Shown here piece by piece: positions 13,050 through 26,990 of a stretch of 64,000 bases of DNA. The notes beneath the pieces were generated by a model. The model did no database searches and was not told the origin of the DNA. It saw only the letters and a list, made by a program, of their open reading frames with translations. Location of the stretch: assembly GCF_006345805.1 (NCBI RefSeq), contig NC_043015.1, positions 22,754,001 to 22,818,000 of the forward strand. The letters run 5' to 3'. Within the stretch, counting starts at the first letter, position 1, and each line of letters opens with the position of its first letter. A program made the position numbers and the translations under genes. This stretch comes from Octopus sinensis. Its lineage: Eukaryota.

Positions 13050-16000
13050 ACTAACACGATTATGGCTCAGAGTAACACGACCACCTAACAACGTCACCAC
13101 CGATGAAAACCAAGATTTACATCGGTGCTATGAAAAAACCTGAGATGGGCGTTCAATCGGATAGATGAAAAGATTAAAACAATACTGTGACGAAGCTCAT
13201 CCCGACTTGAATATCTTCACGGTTAACAGCTCCAACAAGCATCCTTTGTCAAAAAAAAAAAAACTCAACTGGTCCTCGATCCTCACAGGACACTGAAAAT
13301 AGGCTAAAATCTTCCAGGAACGGCGTAAAAAATAATGTAAATAAATCACCGTTCCTGCCACCGCTAGATTCGAGGGTGCCTTCAAATCTATCCTAGCAGC
13401 AAAGACGACGGAATGCATCTAACTCAAAAACATTTTAAAATTACAATTCGCAAAAATTTTTACTACTCTCTCGAAGCTTCCTATGAGCAACAGACCATTC
13501 CCAACACGAGTAAGAAAAAACCGACCGATTTAATTTCTAAGGCTATCGACGATGTTGCTGGAGAGCACATGGAATCATGGAATATTAATTACTGGAATAT
13601 TAATACTCTTATATACACAGCCGCCATTACTCTTAAAGAACACCTAGGAGAAATCTACGGTGAACAAAGTAACGAAGTTACTGAACGGAAACCATCAAGA
13701 CGGAAAACAAAACTTGAAGAAAACATCAACAGTAAAATGTAAAATGTAAGAAGAATGAGTTTACACCTCGCCAACTCTACCTAAACAAAAATTAACGAAA
13801 TTTTATGGCAATTCTTCAAACCGAGCTCTTGAGGGAACGCTAATCTCTTTAAAATTTGAATTCAGGAAGATGAGCGAGAAACTCTGCTATCGCATGCGAA
13901 TGTTTGAACGTGCCATTGTTAATTGTAAGTTTGTTTCCAAACTACAAACCTTATACAGAGAGATGAGGAAGGAAATGATTACCATTAACAATGCTCCCTC
14001 ACAAGAAGATCTACAATCATTCTGGTCAATAACTTGGAACGGAAAGAGCGCTTTCATCGTGAATGTATCATGGTTAAATACAGTTGAGAGAGAATATTGT
14101 ACCAACACTAACAGTAAAACATACAAAATTGATGCAGAAACCTTCTCTCTAGCAGTAGGCAAACATGCAAACCGGGAAGATATCTGGAAGGGACCTAATA
14201 GTTGGAAACTGTTACAAGAAGCTGGCATTTTATAATAACCAGCAAATATGTATATTCAAAAGAACTACGGAAGGTCAGAATGATATATAAGATTGGCTTG
14301 CTACAACAAGGACAAATCTTGTTGCCAAAAATGAAATCACCGAGATGAAATCAGGCCCATTTATGGCCTAAACGTTATGTGCAAATTGTACACAAGCTGC
14401 CTCAAACAATTCCGCTAGGACCATTGTGAGTCGAACAACATTTTGACTGATGAACAGGCTGGTGGAAAGAAGGGACTATGAGGATGTGCGGAACAGCTTT
14501 TATTAAACAAAGCTGTAATGTTTGAAGTAAGAAAACAACGTAGAAACTGTGTGACAGTATGGTTTCACTATAAGACGGCATTCAACTATCTCTCATTCAT
14601 GGCTGCTGAAGGGCCTACATCTGGCAAAGGAACCTACTACCTTAATTGCTGCTATAGAGAGTCTCACAAAGTCTTAACGTTACAACTGAGAACAGAATAA
14701 TTGTTTCTGATCGCATCGGCATTTAAAGGGAATATTCCAGGGAGATAGTGTTTCTCTACATCTTTTCATTTTGGCACTGACTCCATTATCGTTCCTACTG
14801 CAGAAAACAAATGGTAGGATCTTCAACTGCTGGAAATATGAAGGTAACTAATGCCAAAAAACAACTGGAATTAATAACATTTTCAGCTGATATAGGCATA
14901 GAATTTGGCCGAAAGAAATGTTCATTTTTGGTTATAGAACGAGAAAAATCAGTCTCCCAACCCCAAAATCTGTGCATCAACGAACTCTCTATCCCCCCAT
15001 TCCACACAATGAATGTTGCAAGTACCTAGGCATAGACGTAAATGTATCATATGAAGTACTGTGAATAAAGGTAGAGTGACCCGAGAATATTGCAGCAGAC
15101 TTAGGAAAATATGGCAGTCGGAACTCTCCTTCTGCAGCAAAACAATATCCCACAATGCATTTGCTGTATCAGTGTTGATCTCAACATTTAAGATTATTGA
15201 TTGGTCTGTAGAGAAATTCCACTCCATAGATCTCAAAATCCGCAAACTCCTGAAAACAACTGGGAACTTCTACGGAAACAGTAATGTCGACATGCTCTAC
15301 TCAAGAATAAAGGTGGTAGAGGCTCTACTCAAGAATGAAGGTGGTAGAGGACTGAGATCAGTGCAGACGGCCTTCGAATACCTTCTGGTATCACTCAGGC
15401 AGCAGCTGCTAAACAACAACAGCAAAAAAAAAATGATTGATGTCGTGCTGTAAAGCGAATGAGCAACATTATACGAGCTGGTAGTGAAGTCCTCAAGAAA
15501 CACTCCCGTCCTGATGATCCCCTATGCAGCCCCCAAAAGGCTGGGATCTCTTACCTCATAGAAGACCTGGATGGAAAGCACTCAGCATACAAATAAAAAT
15601 TGAATAAATAAAAGATTATGCATGTGTTTGTTGTTCGGAAGCTTAAAGAAGTAAAACTGATACGAAGCGCAGCATCTCTTGGACACAAGACCACCAGATC
15701 ACATAAACTTTTGAAGGCTATGCGTTTGCAATCCAGGAGCAGGATATTGCCAAAAAGTACCTGGTGAACAAGCTAGACTGTGACACTCTTATTATCCGAA
15801 GCTGCAACCGCATGTGTAGGCTATGTCCTGTTTCTGTGGAAGATATCTCGCATATTATTAGCAGCTGTCCCAAAATGTCATGTTATTACCCTCCCCTATA
15901 CGGCACGATGCTGTTGCTAAGATAATTTTCAATGCCATCCGAAATAGAATTATAAAATCTCTCTGTTATAGAATACATTCATACACACAAAAACTGGGAT

Positions 16001-16130
16001 TTTCGGAAAGAGAAATCGAGCGGCTAATTCGTACGTTACAAGTCCAATCTGTGATAGGAACAGTAAAAATTTCGAATGCATCCATTGAGACATATGTCGA
16101 TGATATAAAGATATAACTGATTTAATAACA
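13050..16130 (+). mobile_element. Highly degraded RLE-type non-LTR retrotransposon (family D)
   Basis: Broken frames with KLQTLYREM, WFHYKTAF (WxDYxKAF), GIFQGDS, IEFGRKKC, EGGRGLRSV, CRLC..DISHIISSC and RHDAVAK; the YxDD and RLE cores appear deleted; boundaries approximate. Confidence 0.75.
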
Positions 16131-16880
16131 TCTTGAGCGTCGGTATCCATTATCAAGTTTTCCTATGATCTCCAAAATACGTCGCACTTCTCACCGGAAT
16201 TAACTCCCACACAAGTCTGATCACTGATTCCTGGGACTCTTATGTGACATCTGGCTATGTTGTAATTACTTTCCAATAAATTTAACATTCATATATATAT
16301 ATATCTATATATATATATTGTGTTGTGTGTAATCTCTCTCTTTCTCTTTCCCTTTTCTCCCTTTCTCACTCTCTCCCCCTTTCTCTCTATCTTCTTATCT
16401 CTCTCTTCCTATACATCGTAGGAATCTTTCAAAGCTGGTATTGTAGATTAATATACAATCAATGGTTGCTCCTCTCTTGCATTCTTCAATTTTCGAAATT
16501 GCCTCTGTTCGTGCGATGGTATTGATTATTAAAAGCGCTTATTTTGAAATGATTCATTTAGGTTTTACGATTTTCAATGTTAACCAGGGCTAGATGCAAG
16601 TATCTTTCCTTTTCTTTTTAATTGGTAACAGTTGAGTTTAGAATTGTTCTTTCATGTTGCCTATACTATTCGATTGATTTGTGTTTTACTAAATCAGTAT
16701 CTTGCTATTCATTATTAAAAATGTGCTTGCTGCATGTGTGCTCGCTCAATTTCACCCCCACAACATATACGAAATATCTTTGTTTCGAAGTCATGAAATC
16801 TCAAAATCCAAGTTTCATCCCACAAATTCCTCTTGCATTTTCTTGATAATAATGGCAACGCGGAAGATCATAGGAACAGG

Positions 16881-16930
<50 letters not shown>

Positions 16931-18911
16931 GGAACTTACATATCTACAGCTCATACAAACGTACACTTAAGAAAAATTCGAAACATAAATATTTCCAATT
17001 TTGTGTGAACATTTAGCCGTCTCTCATGACTATAAGAATGTGTAAAATTGCCTTTTAAATTAATTGCCTTTTATTGTAACAACACAATTAAATGCACGAT
17101 AAAGAATTATGAAAGTAAGCACCTGCTAACATATACATACGTATATTCAGAAATTTAAAAAATATATACATAACATTGAATTCAGAATTTTTTTAAAAAT
17201 CATCGACGTAAACATCAGATAATATGTGTGTGTGAGTATACATATACATATACATATGTATGTGGAAAGGAAGAAAAGAGAAAGGAAAAAAAATGTAAAC
17301 AGGTTTGACTTTTTACTGACCATTAATGTCCTTTGTCTACACCATCTGCGGAATCTATTTATAGACCCATAGAACATGACCCCTATAACCAACCATTCCC
17401 CCACACAATGGCAGTAGTGGTGATGATGGTGGCTGTGACTACACGTAAAACAATGTCATTGATGATGATGATGGTGATGATGATGTTGATGATGATGATG
17501 ATGGTGATGGTGGTGAAGGTGATAGTAATAACAATAATAAGTGACAGATCCTTTTTTTTCTTTTCTTTCTCCGTATTTTATTCTCATTATTTCGAACTAA
17601 TACAGGCAGAGTAAGCCTTTTATAAGTTTAAAAGAGGAAGGGAAAAGAAGGAAAGAAAAGGAGGAAGAAGGAGATAGAGAGAAAGAGAGAAGAAAAAAGG
17701 AAGAGAAGGGAAAAAAATGTTCGGAGATAAAACTATCAACAAAAAAAATACAGACGAATACAGATCTGCTAGCCTTAAGAAGCTGCGCTACGAGCAATGC
17801 TTACGTGTAGAGAACCCTAAACTGACAGATCCATCTCCTAATATAAGAATGGAAGCTCGTCATGCTTCAATGTCAACAAATCAAACAATAAACTGCATTG
17901 GTCGTCGCGCGGATTACAAAAGACCAGGTACCCGAAAATTGAACCAACTTCTGATTGAAAAATCAGCTACTGGATCGAATCTTCCAAACACACAGGAGCT
18001 GGACGTACTCCACAACCGGAATATTCCAACAGATGGCCATCCATGCTCATCACCAAATAATCAAAAGAAAAAGAAGTAAAAATGGTCTAGGGAAGATAAT
18101 AAAGAAGTGCTTGAGGCATGCCATGTGTACAAACATACTTAAACTGGAGACAGAAACACCCTGAAGTAAGACCCTACATAGACAGTAACAAACTTGCCAA
18201 CGTCAGAAGAAACATTATAAAAAAAAATCACTGACTGAAGTAGAGATTGATCAAGTTAGACAAGCAATATCGGATAAAATGAACGAAGCTGCAGCTAGAG
18301 AAGATAATAAAGAGGAAAAATTTATAGACCAACCCAGGGCTGATAAAAACGAAGTAAGGATTGAAAGAGTTACTATAAGTGATAGGCAAAGTGAAATACT
18401 CCCTGAATCAATCATAAACACAGATGAACATCAAATACTTAAAGAAAATCACACATATATTGACCCAACAGAACTACATGAGATAAAAAATCAAATCATG
18501 ATTGAATGGCTGAAAATTAAAGAAACCAGCATGAATGAACGTGATACACTCCCTAAAACCCGCAACTCTAACCAAAACATGAAAATAATTGGTAAAATCC
18601 GGCTTGCACTTAAGGATATAATTTCAGCTAATGATGTTGATATCACAAATCTCAACCACCTATACTATGGATCCGCGAAAATCTCAACGATTCTATGTAG
18701 TGTAAAAATTAGAAAACGGCAACATTCCCACAAAAAGCCTTCTTGGCAAGAGCGTCTTTAACAACAACTTAGACTATTTAGATCTGACATTGAATATTTG
18801 AAAAACCTTAAGGTTCACAAGTTTCAAAAATTGCTGAAAAAATACAATATGAAAACTATACTTGATATTGATGCCACCATAGAAACCATCAAACAAATGG
18901 TATCTGCCAAA

Positions 18912-19142
18912 GGCGGCGAGCTGGCAGAAGCGTTAGCACCCCGGGCGAAATGCGTAGCCATATTTCGTCTGCCGTTACGTTCAGAGTTCAAATTCCGCCA
19001 AGGTCGACTTTGCCTTTCATCCTTTCGGGGTCGAAAAATTAAGTACCAGTTACGCACTGGGGTTGATGTAATCGACTTAATCCGTTTTTCTGTCCTTGTT
19101 TGTCTCCTCTGTGTTTAGCCCCTTGTAGGTAGTAAAGAAATA
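18912..19142 (+). mobile_element. tRNA-derived SINE inserted in family B ORF
   Basis: Head ggcggcgagctggcagaa..gagttcaaattcc (A/B-box-like), central gcctttcatcctttcggggtcga; flanked by ggtatctgccaaag (18899-18912) and ggtatctgcaaaag (19143-19156). Confidence 0.88.
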
Positions 19143-20410
19143 GGTATCTGCAAAAGCTGCCCGCATAGCGAGGTATGAAAAGCGTGTTAGATTTTTCAAG
19201 GACAACAACATGTTCAAAAATAACCCCAAGAATTTTTACAGGAAGATAGGAAAAACAGCATTTACTGCAAGGTCTGTACCATCAAAAGAAGAAGTGCAGG
19301 GATTTTGGAATAAAATTTTGTCAGAAGAAAAAACACACAACGAAAAGGCCCCCTGGATTGACAGAATATCTACAGAACTGGACCCCTTAGAAGAGCAAAA
19401 GTGGGAGGGTGTCATCGTAGAAGATCTGCTCTCAGGAAATCAAGCAAATGGAAGTCTTCAGGAAAGGATAAATGCCTTACTTCTGGCTGAATGCCTTCCC
19501 AGAGAGCCATGAACTGCTAACAGAACTGTACAATGATGTTTTGCAACACCCTAGTAGGATGCCTCCTTGGCTAGTTAATGGGTTAACATTCCTGCTTCCA
19601 AAAATTGAAGAAACAAATGAACCAAAAAACTATGGACCCATAACCTGCTTAACAACTATGTACAAAACGCTAACATCTGTCCTGACAGAATATACTTAAA
19701 GTTTTTTAACAGACAGCAGCATATTCCCTAATGAACAGAAAGGATGTAAACGTGGATCCTACGTCTGTAAAGATCAACTACTCATCAATAAGATGATCTT
19801 AGAAGATTGTCACAAACGACACAAAAATTTATCAATAGCCTGGATAGACTCTAAAAAGACTTTTGAAAGCCTACCACATAGCTGGATTAGGAAATGCCTG
19901 GAAATGTATAAGATAGCACCTACTCTGCGAAACCTTTTGACTGTAAGTATGAGATCATGGAGAACCACACTAACTCTGAACAGTGGCAATGAATCCCTAA
20001 ATGCTGGTGATGTAAAAATTTCGTGTGGCATTTTCCTGCGTGACTCACTGTCATCACTTCTCTTTTGTTTAGCCATAATACCTCTCTCAAAACCGCTCAG
20101 TGACGCGCAGTACGGGTATAAAATGTTTGATAAAAATGTAAATCATCTCATTTACATGGATGCTTTAAAGCTTTTTGCAAAAAATGACCAAGAACTCAAG
20201 GGCTTACTAGCGATAGTCAGACAATTCAGTGACGACATCAGAATGTAATTCGGCCTCGATAAATGTGGAAAAGCTACCTTTATTATAGGAAATATGACAG
20301 AAACATCTAACGTTAACCTTGACCAGCAGAATGTCATAAAAGAACTAGACCCAGCGGTGAGATTCAAGTAACTAGGGGTTATTGAAGGGAACGGAATAAG
20401 GCATTCAGAG

Positions 20411-21712
20411 ATGAAGGAAAGGATCAGGAGAGAATGCTATCGAAGAGTGAGAGCAATACTCAAGACAGAGCTGAATGCAAGAAACAGGATCGAAGCGATC
20501 AATGCGTTAGCCATACCAGTCGTGACTTACAGTTTCAATATCATTAACTGGTCAATTACTGAAATATGTCAGCTCAACAGACAAATAAGAAAACTATTGA
20601 CAATGCATAGAATGCACCACCCTAAGGCAGATACAGAACGACTCTATCTGCCAAGAAAAGAGGGAGGCCGTGGTCTTTTGCAACTGGCAATAACAATGAA
20701 GATTGCTACAATTGGCCTAGACTCCTACCTGAAAAAGTCTGAGAACTGGATGTTAAAACTTGTCTCAAAACATGAAAACAAGAAAGCATCATACTCAGTA
20801 ACAAAACAGGCAAAGGAATATCTAAGTGAATTCCGAATACAACAGACTTCGGAATTAGAGATAGAAATACAAGAAACAAGCACAGAAAAAGCTAGGCGCA
20901 TGAAAACCCGTGCCAAAACTGCGGCTTTAGATATTCTGAATAATAAATGGCAAGAAAATCCTCTCTATGGAGAATACCCAAAGAGAGCGAATAATGCAGA
21001 TATTGACAAAGCCCTCACCCATCAATGGCTAATGGCCTCTGGCTTAAAATCTGAAACAGAAGGCTTTATCTTAGCAGCTCAAGATCAATGCCTACCGACA
21101 AGAAACTACCAGGCCAACATATTAAAGAACGGCAGTAGCTCAACATGTCGTGTGTGCCGACAACAAAATGAAACCATTGATCATGTTGTCTCCAAGTGCA
21201 GTCTTCTAGCGCCTACAGAGTATCTCAACAGGCATGATAGAGCTGGACAATATATTCACTGGGTAATTTGCAAAAACCTGGATTTGCCCCATGAAAAAAA
21301 CTGGTGGGAACACAAACCACATCCAGTGCTTGAAAATGACCACATCTTACTTCTCTGGGACTTCCCCATTCAAACTGACAGAAAGATAGATGCAAATAGG
21401 CCAGATATCATATTGAAAGACTTCAGACAAAGAATATGCCTCATCATTGATATGACTGTCCCAATCCATATAAACGTATCTGTCAAGGCCTACCAAAATC
21501 TGAGCAAATATAAAGATCTTGAAATAGAAATCAGCAAAATGTGGAAGCTGAAGACTAAAACAATACCTGTTGTCATAGGTGCCCTGGGAATGATAGCGAA
21601 AGGGACTGATTGCTACCTAACTCAGATACCAGGAAACCCCAAAATGACAGAAATTCAAAAGACAGTGCTCATGGGAACTGCTCATATCCTACGCAAAATA
21701 CTCTCTATGTAA
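20411..21712 (+). pseudogene. C-terminal 433 aa of family B ORF: RT thumb, CCHC knuckle, RLE endonuclease
   Basis: HHPKADTERLYLPRKEGGRGL, CRVCRQQNETIDHVVSKC, RHD, RPDIIL..IDMTVP..SKYKDL; upstream RT broken by stops. Confidence 0.9.
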
Positions 21713-21904
21713 TCCCAAGATTTAAAACAAACTTTTAAAAAAAATTTACGTATCAGACATTCACTAGTACAACACCAAAAAAAACCCAATTATATGGCAC
21801 ACTAGGTATAACAACAACCTGAACTTCCAACCTGTTGTCTCTTGAGGTCTCTGGGTGAGACTTGGAGCCAACTTGTACAGACATAAAGCAAAAGTCAAAC
21901 ATAA

Positions 21905-21962
<58 letters not shown>

Positions 21963-22139
21963 GTAATAATAATAACAATGGTAATTAGAATGATAGGAGT
22001 ATTATTGGTTTTACTGGTAATAATGATATAGATAGTAGAGGCGAAAGCGATAGTTATAATATCAGGCTGAGTAAATAGTAAGCAACGTTTTACAGTATAT
22101 TTTAACAATACGTAAAATATATACATCAAACAACCTACC

Positions 22140-22900
22140 ATTAAACACATTTTTGACAACGAGTTTGTTTATTCCGGCAACATAAAAATCTGGATTTCTG
22201 GAGCTCATGAACGTTTTGAACGCCTTATAGTATCGGTTTGATTCTTGAACTCCTCTCGCAGGAAACCATCAAGGTGCTTCAAACAGTGGTAGATGGTAGG
22301 AGAAAGATCTAGGGAATAAGCTGTGTGGGGAAGAGCTTCGTAGCCAAGTTCACTCAAATTCTACAGCGTCATTAGTGAAACGTGTGGTCGAGCATTGTCA
22401 TGAAGAATGACTGGCCCTCTTCTGCTGGCGAGTCTGGGACGGAGAAGTAGCAGTTTTTCGTTCATATTGGCAACTTCATGGCAAGTCGAGAAATGGATCG
22501 GTCTGGTTACGGAGAAGAAGCGACGAGCAAATTTCATAACTGCGCATTTTCTGATTTTCATTTAAATCGTGTTATAACGATTTGTCGAAGATTTTCTTTT
22601 TTGATTTTACGATGAGATGCAAATGGTTGCAGACAGTTTTCTGCTAACTTGAAGTTCTTTTACAAGTTCTTGGTTGGTTTTACCTGGATTTTTTAAATCA
22701 ATGACGGTCTTTTATAGACCGTCATTGATGAAAGATAGGCGTCCACTACGCTTGACGATCTTCAAGGCTCAGGTATTACTCACTGGTCATTTCCTCACCA
22801 AACGTTTCGTTGATTTCGTTAGCAGTTTCAGCTGTTTTACATCCTTTTTGAAGTTGAATATCAAACTTGCTCGAATATCGGTCTTTGTTAGTTCCATTTG
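22140..22900 (-). mobile_element. Mariner-family transposase remnant
   Basis: N-terminal ELTKTDIRASLIFNF..AETANEINETFG and C-terminal GPVILHDNARPH..LGYEALPHTAYSLDLSPT (HDNARPH/YSPDLxP motifs); many indels; TIRs not identified. Confidence 0.8.
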
Positions 22901-23675
22901 AGATGATTCTAAGACGGGGAAAATATCAATGTTAACGTATTGATGCATTTGGACAAATCCATATATGTATTATCAGACAATTGCAAAACACTGCTTAAAC
23001 TGAAAATTCAGAACACTGTAGAAGTCCGGTACAAATTCTTCATGGTTCAAAATGTTGCTTACTTTTTACTCAAGCGGATAATAATTGTCAGATCACTCTT
23101 AGTGTTATTGATAATATATAACCCTGTACAAATTCTTTCTTGTTGGGTTTGTCGAGGCAAAGAGATCGGATTTTATTGGACATCCTGCAGGACGAAAAAC
23201 AAAACATGTTAAAGCGCAGATGATATACAGAGTGTGAAGTCCATCCAAGCGTGTGAATGTTTAAATCATGCGTGGATAAATAGTGAAGGTAGCGAAGAGC
23301 GTATGATAGAAAGCTTAAATAAGGGTATATAGGCTCCTGAGAAGTCTTGGGTAGCAACCTGTCTGTTCAAGGTAACACGATATAATTACAGGTTGGTGGT
23401 AATTTTAAAACACGTACCTGATTTATGACAGAAATATTCATATTCTGTAATCACAATGGTGATAGTGTTGCGTCTGGTAGCTGTCCTATGCAACGGCAGC
23501 GTAGTTCCAGTCGTGAACAAGCAGAAGCTACTGTTAAACCTGAACAGAGCAGAAGATTAAAATGAAAGGAAAACAAATTGTGGTTTCAATGATATAAAAT
23601 GAGTAAACAAGGGAAAATAAGCTATAAGTAAAGGTTACTAAAGCTCTGGAAAAGATATCAACGTCATCAGCACTG

Positions 23676-23677
<2 letters not shown>

Positions 23678-23731
<54 letters not shown>

Positions 23732-23759
23732 ATTATTATCATTATTATTATTATTATTA

Positions 23760-23831
<72 letters not shown>

Positions 23832-23855
23832 CATAATAATAATAATAATAATAAT
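23678..23855. repeat. (ATT)n flipping to (AAT)n
   Basis: (ATT)n at 23678-23830, then (AAT)n at 23833-23855, directly upstream of a family B copy. Confidence 0.95.
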
Positions 23856-23859
23856 TCGA

Positions 23860-25489
23860 TCATCAATAAGATGATCTTAGAAGATTGTCACAAATGACAC
23901 AAAAATTTATCAATAGCCTGGATAGACTATAAAAAGGCTTTTGATAGCCTACCACATAGCTGGATTAGGAAATGCCTTGAAATGTATAAGATAGCACCAA
24001 CTCTGCGAAAATTCTTGACTGTAAGTATGAGATCATGGAGAACCACACTAACTCTGAACAGTGACAGTGAATCCCTAAATGCTGGTGATGTAAAAATTTC
24101 GTGTGGCATTTTCCAGGGTGACTCACTGTCACCACTCCTCTTTTGTTTATCCTTAATACCTCTCTCAAAGCTGCTCAATGACGCGCAGTACGGGTATAAA
24201 ATGTTTGATAAAAATATAAATCATCTCGTTTACATGGATGATTTAAAGCTTTTTGCAAAAAATGATCAACAACTCAAGGGCTTACTAGCGATAGTCAAAC
24301 AATTCAGTGACGACATCAGAATGTAATTCGGCCTCGATAAATGTGCAAAGGCTACCTTTATCAAAGGAAAAATGACAGAAACATCTAACGTTAACCTTGA
24401 CCAACAGAATGTCATAAAAGAACTAGACCCAGCGAAGAGCTACAAGTACCTAGGGGTAATTGAAGGGAACGGAATAAGGCATTCAGAGATGAAGGAAAGG
24501 ATCAGGAGAGAATGCTATCGAAGAGTGAGAGCAATACTCAAGACAGAGCTGAATGCAAGAAACAGGATCGAAGCAATCAATGCATTAGCTATACCAGTCG
24601 TGACTTACAGTTTCAATAATGTTAGCTGGTCAATTACTGAAATATCAAGATCAATGCCTACCAACAAGAAACTACCAGGCCAACATATTAAAGATCAGAA
24701 GCAGTCCAACGTGTCGTGTATGCAAGCAACAAAATGAAACCATTGACCATGTGGTCTCCAAGTGCAGTCTTCTAGCGCCTACAGAGTATCTCAACAGGCA
24801 CGATAGAGCTGCACAATATATTCACTGGGTAATCTGTAAAAACCTGGATTTGCCCCATGAAAAAAACTGGTGGGAACACAAACCACCCCCAGTGCTTGAA
24901 AATGACCACATCTCACTCCTCTGGAACTTCACCATTCAAACTGACAGGAAGATAGATGCAAATAGGCCAGACATCATATTGAAAGACTTCAAACAAAGAA
25001 CATGCCTCCTCATTGATATGACTGTCCCAATCGATATAAACGTATCTGTCAGGACCTACCAAAAACTGAGCAAATATAAAGATCTTGAAATAGAAATCAG
25101 CAAAATCTGGAAGCTGAAGACTAAAACAATACCTGTTGTCATAGGTGCCCTGGGAATGATAGCAAAAGGGTCTGATAGGTACCTAACTCAGATACCAGGA
25201 AACCCAAAAATGGCAGAAGTTCAAAAGATAGTGCTCATGGGAACTGCTCATATCCTACGCAAAATACTCTCTATGTAACCTCAAGGTTTAAAACAACCAT
25301 AATTTTCGGTTTAAAAAAAAAAAAAAAAATTTTTTTTTTTAGACATTCATTAGTACAACATCCCCACCCCCCAAATATATGGCACACTAGGCATAACAAC
25401 AACATGAACCTCCAACCCTGTTGTCTCTTGAGGTCTCTGGGTGAGACTTGGAGCCAACTTGTACAAATATAAAGCAAAAGTCAAACATA

Positions 25490-25490
<1 letters not shown>
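23860..25490 (+). mobile_element. Family B copy, 5'-truncated, with ~510-bp internal deletion
   Basis: RT (23982-24326, YMDD intact), knuckle/RLE (24619-25278); junction gaaatat|caagatcaatg at 24645/24646 skips ~20568-21079 of the longer copy; (AAT)n tail. Confidence 0.92.
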
Positions 25491-25523
<33 letters not shown>

Positions 25524-25572
25524 TATAATTATAATTATAATTATAATTATAATTATTATTATTATTATAATT

Positions 25573-25757
25573 CTGTAGTTTTGTTTTTATATCTTGCTTT
25601 CACTTCAATACCGAGCGCAGCTCTCTGTGCCTTGGGTATGAGCTGTGGTTTGTTGTGATGCTCTTATGGTTACGGTATTGAAAGTATTTTGCGTAGGATT
25701 TGTGCAGTGCCCAGTAGTGCAATTTTCTGTATGTGTAAATTTTCTCTGTTTCTGTAG
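25573..25757 (-). mobile_element. Family A 3'-end-only insertion
   Basis: Encodes NLHIQKIALLGTAQILRKILSIP* plus the family A 3' UTR; tail-to-tail with the family B copy. Confidence 0.85.
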
Positions 25758-25779
25758 GTTGTTGTTGTTGTTGTTGTTG

Positions 25780-25844
<65 letters not shown>

Positions 25845-26229
25845 ATTATTATTGAAAAAAACAAAGGTTTAGCGAAATAAGGCAGACCTTTGGGTTTGAT
25901 GCCTTATTCTATGCAGTTTCCTTGACCTACGTTCTGAACAAGTATTCTATTTGACCTTATTTTGTCAGTCCTTTCATCACATTGGATTTCGGAGACAACT
26001 TGATCCATTCTAACCAACCTTGGGAAATGTTTCACAATTCGTTATTATTAGGAATGATCACTGTTAACGTGGAGAGTTTATAGAAAGTGATACGAAAACA
26101 ATGAGCCGTATGGATGACGTATATATACATACATGCATGCATGTACACACACATATAAGTATGAATACATGTATGTATGTAGGTATATATACATATATTT
26201 ACACACACACAAACACACATACACATATG

Positions 26230-26263
<34 letters not shown>

Positions 26264-26719
26264 CATGCGTATTCTTTATGTATTTTCTGTTGTTTTCCGT
26301 AACCATCCATACATATGTACGGCTTGCGAAATAATGCAATTTCACGACAAATCTTACAATTGCTAATCTTGTTTCCCCCAAAGGGGATCGTTTTTACTTT
26401 TGCTGCTTTGTAGAATACGGTTAGATTGTGAATAGGAACGTCATTTGGTCAATCCGATAAAAGCATGTAACAATACTCATAAATTTGAATAGATTTCTCT
26501 GGAATAACCTATTGCTATTTTACAATTATCATTCATCGACATCATTTTTTTCCTTTCTTTATTTTCTATGAACATTTCTCAATACGTTTGTGCGCTTACT
26601 TGTTTTGTTCTAATGAAACACTTTTTGCTTAGTGTAATTCTTTAGGCAACAGAGCTTTTCACGTAAAACCGTATTTACATTAATGAATAACTATGAATGG
26701 GAAAACGAAATGAAACAAT

Positions 26720-26796
26720 AAAAAACCGTGTATATATATATGTATGTATGTATACATGTATGTATGATGTATATATATATGTGCGTGTGTGTATGC

Positions 26797-26837
<41 letters not shown>

Positions 26838-26929
26838 TAAATATGTATATATACACATACATATAGATATACACTCACAGACGTATATAAATATATGTCT
26901 ATATGTAGGTATGTATAAGTGTATATATA

Positions 26930-26986
<57 letters not shown>

Positions 26987-26990
26987 TGTA
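26720..26990. repeat. (AT)n-rich compound microsatellite
   Basis: Read directly; boundaries approximate. Confidence 0.9.

Larger units (their letters stand above)
17720..21903 (+). mobile_element. Near full-length RLE non-LTR retrotransposon, family B (R4/Dong-like), inactivated
   Basis: N-terminal KWSREDNKEV..W..HP..KLANVRR, RT motifs (PITCLTTMYK, EQKGCK, WID, YMDALK), intact 433-aa C-terminal ORF, 3' end ...agtcaaacat plus (AAT)n; interrupted by a SINE at 18912; 5' boundary approximate. Confidence 0.92.
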
